Positions 7,163 to 14,744 are shown, numbered from the stretch's first letter. The stretch: 32,000 bases of DNA from an uncultured candidatus Brocadiaceae bacterium (GCA_964655775.1 CAZZNQ010000005.1:11157-43156), one strand, 5' to 3'. The notes: generated by a model from the letters alone, not told the origin. Translations and numbers: made by a program.

Positions 7163-9957
7163 GCCGTCGCCTCCTCAACTCCACGAGAGCGCGCGCGGCG
7201 CAGCGCCTTCAGCCCCTCCCAGCACCCGAGGAAGACCAGCGCCGCACCCCAGACGAAGAGCCAGTCGACCAGACCGATGGATGCGAACTCCAGGAAGCTG
7301 CTCACATACGGGGCATAAACGCCGATCAGCACCATCACGATCGACACCCCGATGGACGAAAGCAGGATCTTGTTTGTCAAGATGTTGCGGCTGAAGATCG
7401 TCCGGTACTGATAACGCCAGGACAGGATGTTGACGAACTGGCAGTAACCGATCGTAAGCCACGTCATAGTGCTGGCCCGCATGTAGGCGACGGTGCCGAC
7501 ATCTCCTTGAGTCAGAATACCCCCGTGCCGGAGCATGTAGAGTATGAAGTTGGCGACGGCCAGAATGCCGATCGTGGAGCCCAGGAACAGCACCTCTCCC
7601 CCGCTCACCGGCTGCAGAATGTGCTCGGACCGGCTGCGCGGCTGGCGTGTCATAACCCCGGGCCCGGGCGGGTCGAAGCACAGGAACGTCAGCGGCATGA
7701 TCTCCGCCAGAAGGTCCACCGCCAGAACCTGGATGGCCAGGATGGGGATAGCCATGTTGCCGATGGCGATTCCCACCAGACCCAAGAGCACGGCCACCAA
7801 CTCGGCTGTATTGGTCGTCAGGCTGGCCAGCACCACCTTCCGGATGTTGTTGTAGATGGTGCGCCCCTCCTCCACCGCGTGCACCAGCGTTGGGAAGCTG
7901 TCGTCCAGCAGCACCACCTCCGCGGCTTCCTTCGCGACGTCCGTGCCCGTCTGCCCCATTGCCACCCCGATGTGCGCGCGCTTCAGGGCGGGGGCATCGT
8001 TCACCCCGTCGCCCGTCACCGCCACCACCTGGTCCATGCGCTCCTCCAGCAAGGTGACCACGCGCAGCTTGTCCGCCGGGTCCACGCGCGAGAAGATCAG
8101 CGAATCGTGCTCTCGCATGGTCTCCACCAGTGAATCGTCGGAAAGGTCAGCCATTTCCTGCCCTCGGATCACGGGAAGCTCCTCTCCCTCGTGCGCAAGC
8201 CCGATCTCATGGGCGATGGCCTGGGCAGTGACCGCGTGGTCGCCGGTGATCATGTAGGTGCGGATGTGAGCGTCGTGGCACTCCTCCACCGCCTCGCGAA
8301 CGCCCTCGCGGGCGGGGTCGATGATGCCCACCAGCCCCAGGAATATCACGTCCTTCTCGACCTCCTCCTCCACGTAATCCTCGCCGGTCTCCTCCAGCGG
8401 ACGATATGCAATGGCCAGCACGCGAAGGGCACGTTCGGAGTACTCGCGGTTCACCAGCTGAACGGTCTTCCAGTCCTCGTCGGTGATCGGTTCCGCACCG
8501 CCGTCGCGGTAGATGTACTTGCTTATCTCCAAAAGTGCGTCGGTGGAGCCCTTCATCGTCAGAACGTGCCTGTCGCCGAAGTCGCGCACCGAGCTCATGC
8601 GCTTCCGCTCGCTGGTGAAGGGGAACTCCTGGATCTCGGGGTTCTCCTCGTCTTCGTTTTCCGCGCGGGTGCCGATCTTGGTGGACATGGTGATCAGCGC
8701 CGCCTCGGTGGGATCCCCCACCGGATACCAGTTCGGGTGATCATCGTCGGGCGGGTGGATCTCCGCGTTGGAGGCCATCGTCGCCGCGTCCATCATCACC
8801 TCGATCTCGTCGATCTGCTCTTGGCCAAGCGGGTCCTTGCCCTCCAGGAGGATCTCCCCTTCCGGCTCGTAGCCGATGCCGGTAAAGGTGTAGTGCCAGC
8901 CGTTGAACCACGCCGTCTTGACGGTCATCTCGTTCCGCGTGAGGGTGCCCGTCTTGTCCGTGCAGATCACGTTCGTGGACCCGAGGGTCTCCACCGAAGG
9001 CAGGCTCTTGACCACGGCGTTCTTCCCGGCCAGGCGGCGGCTCGCGGTGGACATGGCCACGGTGAGCTGCGCGGGCAGCGCCTGCGGCACGCAAGCGACG
9101 GCCACGCCCAGGGCGTAGGTTACGCTGACCAGCCAGCCCAGGCCCTGCCAGAGGGCCACGCCGAACAGGGCGACGCTGATGACGATGACAGCCGCCGTCA
9201 GACGCCTGGCCAGCAGGTCCAGTTCGTCCTGCAGCGGCGAGGCGACCTCGCTCGTCTCCTCGGTCATGGTGGCGATGCGGCCCAGCTCGGTGTCCATACC
9301 GGTCTTCACCACAACGCCGGTAGCCGTGCCACTCACCACCGTGGTGCCCACGAAAGCCATGTTGTCGCGGTCTCCCAGCACCAGGCTCCCGGAAAGCGCA
9401 TTGGTCTGCTTGTCCTGCGGCATGGATTCGCCGGTGAGGCTGAACTCGTTCGTGCGCAGATTGAACGACTCCATCAGCCGCAGGTCGGCGGGCACCTTAT
9501 CCCCTTCCTCGATCCGCACAACATCCCCGGGCACAAGCTGTCGCTGCGCGACCTCGGTGACGTCTCCGTCCCGCACCACGTCCGCCGGGGAGCGGATCAG
9601 TTCCCGCAGTTCCTCCACGATGCGGCTTGCCTTATGCTCCTGGATGAATCCGATCACGGCGTTCAGGATCACAATCAGGAACATCACGGAACCGTCCCGG
9701 AAGTTGGCCCATGAGCCCTCGACGGCCGCAATCACGTAGGAACCCAGCCCGGCGAAGATCAGCACAAGCACCAACAGGTCCTTGAACTGCGAGAGAAACA
9801 TCAGGAGCTTTGAGGGTGCCCCTGCGGTGACCAGCACGTTCTCACCGTGCTCTTCCCTGCGCGCCTCCGCTTCGTCCGCTGAAAGGCCCTCAACCGACGT
9901 GTCCAGGTCTTCCAACACCTCATCGACGGTCATCCGGTAGTATTCGGTCTCAGCCAT
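7159..9957 (-). CDS. P-type cation-transporting ATPase, P2-like architecture with non-canonical ion-site residues
   Basis: Contains DKTGTLT (ICTDKTGTLTRNEM), TGES (LTGESMP), MITGDH, GDGVNDAPALK and an N-terminal cation-ATPase motif (LSADEAEARREEHGENVL). I chose the ATG at 9957 (MAETEYYRMTVDEV) because GAGGA lies 4 nt upstream; the track start at 10041 adds 28 Arg-rich residues. Confidence 0.95.
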   Translation of the reverse strand: MAETEYYRMTVDEVLEDLDTSVEGLSADEAEARREEHGENVLVTAGAPSKLLMFLSQFKDLLVLVLIFAGLGSYVIAAVEGSWANFRDGSVMFLIVILNAVIGFIQEHKASRIVEELRELIRSPADVVRDGDVTEVAQRQLVPGDVVRIEEGDKVPADLRLMESFNLRTNEFSLTGESMPQDKQTNALSGSLVLGDRDNMAFVGTTVVSGTATGVVVKTGMDTELGRIATMTEETSEVASPLQDELDLLARRLTAAVIVISVALFGVALWQGLGWLVSVTYALGVAVACVPQALPAQLTVAMSTASRRLAGKNAVVKSLPSVETLGSTNVICTDKTGTLTRNEMTVKTAWFNGWHYTFTGIGYEPEGEILLEGKDPLGQEQIDEIEVMMDAATMASNAEIHPPDDDHPNWYPVGDPTEAALITMSTKIGTRAENEDEENPEIQEFPFTSERKRMSSVRDFGDRHVLTMKGSTDALLEISKYIYRDGGAEPITDEDWKTVQLVNREYSERALRVLAIAYRPLEETGEDYVEEEVEKDVIFLGLVGIIDPAREGVREAVEECHDAHIRTYMITGDHAVTAQAIAHEIGLAHEGEELPVIRGQEMADLSDDSLVETMREHDSLIFSRVDPADKLRVVTLLEERMDQVVAVTGDGVNDAPALKRAHIGVAMGQTGTDVAKEAAEVVLLDDSFPTLVHAVEEGRTIYNNIRKVVLASLTTNTAELVAVLLGLVGIAIGNMAIPILAIQVLAVDLLAEIMPLTFLCFDPPGPGVMTRQPRSRSEHILQPVSGGEVLFLGSTIGILAVANFILYMLRHGGILTQGDVGTVAYMRASTMTWLTIGYCQFVNILSWRYQYRTIFSRNILTNKILLSSIGVSIVMVLIGVYAPYVSSFLEFASIGLVDWLFVWGAALVFLGCWEGLKALRRARSRGVEEATA

Positions 9958-10395
9958 GTGTGTCCTCAAGAGAACCGGGCGCATGCAAGGGCCGCATTGC
10001 GTTGGTCGTCCAGACCGGCGGCCCGTTCGAAGTCTCCCCATTTTAGCGTCAAACGCCCCCCATCACACTGGAAGTCCCATAAAGGCGCTGCACCTCCTAA
10101 GACACAGTGCCGTGCGCGGCCAAAATAAGCCTTGCGGTTTCACGCGCGTTTGCGCTAAACTCCGGCATGCAGGCGGCGAGCGCCCGCCTGAGGCCAGTTT
10201 CTGGGAGGCGGCAAGGAGCATGCTTGACCGGCCACCATCGGGGCAGCAGATACCCGGCCCACTCCAGGCGCGTGCCCATTCCCCCGCACACGCGCACAGT
10301 CATCGCGCCTTCGCAATGCGCCATCCCGGCCGATTGCCTCCGGATCGGTCGCTTTATGAAGCCGCCGACACCACTGCTCTCCCCGGGGAATCAAC

Positions 10396-13300
10396 ATGAG
10401 AATCGAGAACAGAGTCCTTCTTCTGTGCATGTTGCTGGGAATCGGTTTCTGGGTGCTGGAGGGCCTCGTGGACTACGCGGTCTTTCATGAGGGACCTTTC
10501 TGGGGCACGATGATCACCGAAGTAGAATCCGCGGAGGTCTTCGACCGCGCCGCCGGCGTTGCAGCGTTCGTCGGCTTGGGGTTCGTCCTCTGGTGGATAG
10601 TGCGTCAGCGCCGACGCACCGAAGAGACTTTGGCCGAGCGCGTAAAGGAGCTAAGCTGCCTCTACGCAGTGAGTTCGCTGATAGAGAAGGGGGGCTCGGA
10701 TCTGCCCGCGGCCTTGGAGGGCGTAGTGCACGCCATCCCTGCCGGCTGGCAGCAGCCCGAAGCTATTTGCGCGCGGATCCGGCTGGATGGGCAGGAGTAT
10801 GTAAGCGACGGTTTCCGCGAGACGCAGTGGAAGCTGCAAGCACCGATCATTGTCAAGGAACATACCATCGGCAGCGTTGAGGTGTTCTGCATCGGCCCGA
10901 AGCCCGAGGAGGGCGAAGCCGTATTCCTCAACGAGGAGCGGCAGTTGCTGGACGAGATCGCCGAGCGAATCGGTCGCTTGATGGAGCGGTTGCGCGCATC
11001 CAGGGCGCTGCGCGACAGCGAAACGCGCTTCCGGAGCGCCGTGGTGATGGCGCCGGTACCCATCATGGTGCACGCCGAGGACGGCGAGGTTCTATCTCTG
11101 AGCCGGCGCTGGGAGACGATGACGGGATACACCCTCGGGGACATACCGACGGTAGATAAGTGGTGTCAGAAGGCCTACGGCGCCGACGCCGAGCGCATCA
11201 GACAACGCATCGGACAACTTTACGAGGAAGGTGATGGCGTGCATGATGCGGAGGTCACCGTCACCTGCTCGGACGGCTCAGATAGTACCTGGATGATCCG
11301 AACGTCCCTGCTGGGGCGACTGCCCGACGGAAGGGCGGCTGCCATCACGGTGGGCACTGACGTGACCGAGCGCCGACAGGGGGAACGCCGGATCGCCCAT
11401 CTCAACGGTGTGCTCAAGGCCATCCGCAACGTGAACCAGCTCATCGTGCGTGAGAAGGACAGAAGCGCTCTGCTGAGGCAGGCCTGCGAGTGCATGGTCG
11501 AGACCCGTGACGTCGACAGCGTGTGGATCGCGTTGTTTGACAAAGGTGACCTCACCGAGAGCGCCCAGGCCGGCCTGGGTGAAGCTTTTGACGAGCTTCG
11601 AAAGGAGATGGAAGCAGGCGATTTGCCGATATGCGTGCGGACGATAATGGCGGAAGGAGCCGACTTAGTGACCGGCAGCACGGACACTTGCGAAGGATGC
11701 CCGGTGGCAGGCGCATGCCCCGCCGCATCCGCTGTCATAGCGTTGGGGCACGCAGGCACTCGCTACGGCGTCCTGGCTGTGAACATCCCGTCCAGCGGGG
11801 AGCCGGACGAAGAGGAACTGTTCCTGCTGAAGGAACTGGCCGATGACATCGGCCTCGCCCTCCACAGCATCGAGTTGGAGCAGGAACGCGACCAGGCTGA
11901 TGAAGCACTCAGAGAAAGCGAAGAGAAGTACCGGATGCTGGCGCAGAACACGCTGGACTGCATCTGGACGCTGGACATGGACATGCGCTTCACCTACGTG
12001 AATCCTGCCGTCGAACGCATCTTCGGCTTCACACCCCAGGAGTTCATCGGCAGCCCCCTCAGCGACTACTGCACGCCCGAGCAATACGAACGGATGGCAG
12101 CCTTAGCCCAGGCGGAACTCGCCAAGCCGCCGCACGAGTCACGAATCATGTTCGAGGCATTTCTGCTCGACAAACAGGGCAAGGAGGTCCCGGTCGAGAT
12201 ATACGGCCGAGTCAACTACGACGACGATGGCCGGCCCGTCTCCATCCAGGGCGTCACGCGCGACGTGTCGGAGCGGTTCGAGATGCAGGAACGGCTGCGT
12301 CTGTCCCAACGCATGGAGGCCGTCGGCCAGCTCGCCGGTGGAATCGCCCACGACTTCAACAACATTCTCACCGGCATCATCGGCTACACCCAACTCATCC
12401 TCAACCAGACCGAGGAAGGCTCAGAGCAGCACGAAGACCTGCAGGAGGTGGAACACCTCGCGAAACGGGCCGCCGACCTGACACAGCAACTGCTCGCTTT
12501 CAGCCGCAAACAGGCCCTCGAACCGCGTGTGGTCAACATCAACTCCCTCATCGCGAACGTGACCAAGATGCTGGGACGCGTGCTGGGCGAGAACATCGAC
12601 CTGGAGTTCCATTCCGACCCGTCACTGTGGAACGTGCAGGTCGATCCGGGGCAAATCGAACAGGTGCTGATGAATCTGGCGGTGAACGCGCGGGACGCAA
12701 TGCCGGACGGCGGCAAGCTGACCATCGAGACTGCCAACGTGGAACTCGATGAGGAGTATGCACGGAACCACGCGGCGGTGGCACCTGGGCCACACGTGAT
12801 GATCGCCGTCTCCGACACCGGTGCGGGGATGGACGCCGAGACACGAGAGCGCATCTTCGAACCGTTCTTCACAACCAAGACCGCCGGCCGAGGAACCGGA
12901 CTGGGGCTCTCCACCGTTTACGGCATCGTCAAGCAACACGAGGGGAACATCTGGGTCTACAGCGAGCCCGGACAGGGAACGACGTTCAAGGTCTACTTCC
13001 CGCGCGTGGAAGCGGAAGTGGAGCCTGCCGATCTGCAGAAACCGGATGACCCTGGCTACGGGTCGGAGACCGTCCTCATCGTCGAGGACGAACCGGACGT
13101 GCTCAGTGTCGCCCGGCGCAGCCTGGAGCGACGGGGATTCCGGGTGATGGCCGCGAAGGACGCTTCCGAGGCCGAACGAATCATGGCCGAGAGAGCCGAC
13201 GAAATCGCGCTGCTGCTCACCGACGTTGTCCTGCCCGAGGTGAGCGGACGCGCGCTCTACGACGGACTCGCCGAGAAGTACCCGGAGCTGAAGGTCCTCT

Positions 13301-13428
13301 ACATGTCCGGCTACACGGGCAACGCCATCGTCCATCACGGAGTGCTCGACCGGGGGACAGCATTCATGCAGAAGCCGTTCACGCCTGACCGGATCGCCCG
13401 TCGCGTGCGCGAAGTGCTGGACTCCTGA
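10396..13428 (+). CDS. Hybrid sensor histidine kinase / response regulator (2 TM, unnamed N-terminal module, PAS, GAF-like, PAS, HisKA, HATPase_c, REC)
   Basis: 1010 aa. H-box AHDFNNILTGIIGY; N-box LMNLAVNARDAM; G-boxes DTGAGMD and GTGLGLS. Receiver domain shown by VLIVEDEPDVL ... LLLTDVVLP ... YMSGY ... KPF. PAS-type segments start near RFRSAVVMAPVPIMVH and KYRMLAQNTLDCIWTLD. Confidence 0.95.
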   Translation: MRIENRVLLLCMLLGIGFWVLEGLVDYAVFHEGPFWGTMITEVESAEVFDRAAGVAAFVGLGFVLWWIVRQRRRTEETLAERVKELSCLYAVSSLIEKGGSDLPAALEGVVHAIPAGWQQPEAICARIRLDGQEYVSDGFRETQWKLQAPIIVKEHTIGSVEVFCIGPKPEEGEAVFLNEERQLLDEIAERIGRLMERLRASRALRDSETRFRSAVVMAPVPIMVHAEDGEVLSLSRRWETMTGYTLGDIPTVDKWCQKAYGADAERIRQRIGQLYEEGDGVHDAEVTVTCSDGSDSTWMIRTSLLGRLPDGRAAAITVGTDVTERRQGERRIAHLNGVLKAIRNVNQLIVREKDRSALLRQACECMVETRDVDSVWIALFDKGDLTESAQAGLGEAFDELRKEMEAGDLPICVRTIMAEGADLVTGSTDTCEGCPVAGACPAASAVIALGHAGTRYGVLAVNIPSSGEPDEEELFLLKELADDIGLALHSIELEQERDQADEALRESEEKYRMLAQNTLDCIWTLDMDMRFTYVNPAVERIFGFTPQEFIGSPLSDYCTPEQYERMAALAQAELAKPPHESRIMFEAFLLDKQGKEVPVEIYGRVNYDDDGRPVSIQGVTRDVSERFEMQERLRLSQRMEAVGQLAGGIAHDFNNILTGIIGYTQLILNQTEEGSEQHEDLQEVEHLAKRAADLTQQLLAFSRKQALEPRVVNINSLIANVTKMLGRVLGENIDLEFHSDPSLWNVQVDPGQIEQVLMNLAVNARDAMPDGGKLTIETANVELDEEYARNHAAVAPGPHVMIAVSDTGAGMDAETRERIFEPFFTTKTAGRGTGLGLSTVYGIVKQHEGNIWVYSEPGQGTTFKVYFPRVEAEVEPADLQKPDDPGYGSETVLIVEDEPDVLSVARRSLERRGFRVMAAKDASEAERIMAERADEIALLLTDVVLPEVSGRALYDGLAEKYPELKVLYMSGYTGNAIVHHGVLDRGTAFMQKPFTPDRIARRVREVLDS

Positions 13429-13458
13429 GCGCGCGCGTCCCCTCGTTGTCGGCGCATA

Positions 13459-14073
13459 CTACGCCCGCAACTTCGTCGTCGCTTCCGCCACACGCCGGCC
13501 CAGTGCCTCGGCGATTCTCAGATCCTCGTCGGTCGGCTCCAGGGAGTTGTCCGACCCCGCTACGGTCGACGGCCCGTACGGCGTTCCTCCCCTGCCGTCC
13601 GTGTGCAGCATTCCGTCCGTCGAATACGGCACGCCCACCACAATCATGCCCAGATGCAGCAGGGGCACCATCATCGTGAGCAGCGTCGTCTCCTGGCCGC
13701 CGTGCGTCGTGGCGGTCGACGTGAAGACGCCGGTCGGCTTGCCCTCCATGGCGCCGTCCAGCCACAGGCCGGCCAGGCCGTCGATCACGCGCTTCATCTG
13801 CGCGATCATGTTGCCGAACCTCGTCGGCGTCCCCCAGATGACGGCATCGGCCTCGCGCAGGTCGTCAGCCGTGCACTCCGGCACGTCCTTCTGCCGCTCC
13901 CAGACGGGCGCGGCGTGCTCGCTCTCCATGATCGCTTCGAGGTCCTCCGGGAACTCGGGCGCGCGACGGAACACCACCTCGACTCCCTCAACGCCCTCCG
14001 CACCGCGCTCCACCGCCCGCGCCATCTTCAGCACGTGCCCGTACTTCGAGTAATAGACAATCAGCACCTTCAT
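13459..14073 (-). CDS. wrbA: NAD(P)H:quinone oxidoreductase, WrbA type (flavodoxin-like fold)
   Basis: MKVLIVYYSKYGHVLKMARAVERGAEGV... with GTPTRFGNMIAQMKRVIDGL and GVFTSTATTHGGQETT, matching WrbA signatures. The ATG at 14073 has AAGGGGGG upstream. The track ORF extends 60 codons further through Arg/Gly-rich sequence, which I judge non-coding. Confidence 0.9.
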   Translation of the reverse strand: MKVLIVYYSKYGHVLKMARAVERGAEGVEGVEVVFRRAPEFPEDLEAIMESEHAAPVWERQKDVPECTADDLREADAVIWGTPTRFGNMIAQMKRVIDGLAGLWLDGAMEGKPTGVFTSTATTHGGQETTLLTMMVPLLHLGMIVVGVPYSTDGMLHTDGRGGTPYGPSTVAGSDNSLEPTDEDLRIAEALGRRVAEATTKLRA

Positions 14074-14232
14074 TGCACTGCCCCCCTTCATCTGCCAAGA
14101 GACTCCGGACACGGCGGCCGCCCCCGGCCGCCTGCAACCGATGATACTGCCTCCGCCCGTGCCCAGGCAAATCGCGTCGCCGCGCCGGCACACGCCGCCG
14201 CGGAACCCGCACGGATTTCGATCCATCAGCAT

Positions 14233-14261
14233 TTGACGCCTCCGAGAAAGCACAGTAGGAT
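14233..14261 (+). promoter_or_regulatory. Candidate sigma70-type promoter for the arsR-family operon (TTGACG-17 nt-TAGGAT)
   Basis: TTGACG at 14233-14238, a 17-nt spacer, then TAGGAT at 14256-14261. This implies a very short leader before the ATG at 14281. It sits in the only AT-rich patch of the wrbA/arsR intergenic region. Confidence 0.4.
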
Positions 14262-14277
14262 ATTAGTGGATACTAAT
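14262..14277. promoter_or_regulatory. Candidate operator: perfect 6-4-6 palindrome ATTAGT-GGAT-ACTAAT
   Basis: Seen directly at 14262-14277, between the putative -10 box and the arsR ATG, the position expected for an autorepressor site. It can also be read as an imperfect direct repeat, GGATATTAGT / GGATACTAAT (14258-14277). Confidence 0.4.
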
Positions 14278-14280
14278 GCT

Positions 14281-14598
14281 ATGGAAGCCAGCGACCCCAG
14301 AGACATCCGGCGGATGACTAAGGTGCTCTCCTCGGAGGTGCGCGTCCGCATACTGCAGCTCCTCAAGGGCCGCGCGCTGTGCGTCAACGCCCTGGCGTCG
14401 CGGCTGGACGTTACGCAGGGCGCCGTGTCGCAGCACTTGCGCATCATGCGGGACGCGGACCTCGTCATCGATGAGAAGCGCGGATCCTTCGTCCACTACC
14501 GTCTGAACAAAGGAACTCTTTCCGCATGGCAAGAGGCGCTGGGCCGGCTTCTGGACTCCTCGAACTCACCACCCGTTGACTCCGAAGGAGCATGGTAA
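14281..14598 (+). CDS. ArsR/SmtB-family winged-helix transcriptional repressor
   Basis: 105 aa. VLSSEVRVRILQLLKGRALCVNALASRLDVTQGAVSQHLRIMRDADLVIDEKRGSFVHYRL is a typical ArsR helix-turn-helix plus wing. Only one Cys (C34) lies where ArsR has its CVC metalloid site. It is the last 105 codons of track ORF 13603..14598. Confidence 0.9.
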   Translation: MEASDPRDIRRMTKVLSSEVRVRILQLLKGRALCVNALASRLDVTQGAVSQHLRIMRDADLVIDEKRGSFVHYRLNKGTLSAWQEALGRLLDSSNSPPVDSEGAW

Positions 14599-14744
14599 TG
14601 TGTTGCTGCAAGGACAAGGAAACCTCGTGCAGGAAGCCGGAGAACCTGAAGGGCAAGCCCGGGGACTGCTCCGCCGACCAGATTGAGAAATGCCACGGCA
14701 GCGCCAAGGAGCACCCCTGTGTGCGCACCACCGACCGAGGATAG
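14598..14744 (+). CDS. Unannotated 48-aa Cys/His-rich, Lys-rich microprotein (putative metal- or thiol-reactive binding peptide)
   Basis: The ATG at 14598 overlaps the arsR stop (TAATG). AAGGAG (14585-14590) lies 7 nt upstream. Product: MCCCKDKETSCRKPENLKGKPGDCSADQIEKCHGSAKEHPCVRTTDRG, with 7 Cys, 2 His and 7 Lys. By hand count, 40 of 47 codons after the ATG end in G/C. Stop TAG at 14742-14744. Below the length cut-off of the ORF track. Confidence 0.65.
   Translation: MCCCKDKETSCRKPENLKGKPGDCSADQIEKCHGSAKEHPCVRTTDRG

Noticed and set aside
7153-9714. Plus-strand ORFs 7153..8133 (326 aa) and 8191..9714 (507 aa) antisense to the P-type ATPase
   Set aside because: His/Arg/Gly/Gln-rich shadow frames. 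The minus frame contains DKTGT, TGES and GDGVNDAPALK.
10025-10034. GTTCGAAGTC resembling a tRNA T-loop in the ATPase/kinase intergenic region
   Set aside because: The flanks do not form a T-stem, acceptor stem or anticodon arm. No cloverleaf could be drawn.
9958-10041. 28-codon N-terminal extension of the P-type ATPase ORF (start at 10041)
   Set aside because: The Arg-rich extension has no SD. The ATG at 9957 has GAGGA upstream and yields the usual N-terminus of cation ATPases. An intermediate ATG at 9984 cannot be fully excluded.
13429-13458. 30-bp gap between the convergent kinase and wrbA genes, inspected for a terminator
   Set aside because: Only alternating GC sequence (GCGCGCGCG) and no stable stem-loop with a U-tract.
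14074-14253. 60-codon N-terminal extension of the wrbA ORF in the track (start at 14253)
   Set aside because: WrbA proteins begin at MKVLIVYYS-type sequence. AAGGGGGG precedes the ATG at 14073. The extension is Arg/Gly/Cys-rich and would run through the arsR promoter region.
14683-14718. TTG at 14683 as start of the ABC ATPase (track coordinate)
   Set aside because: No SD precedes it, whereas GTG 14719 has AAGGAG at 7-nt spacing. The extra 12 residues are not part of the conserved ATPase core.
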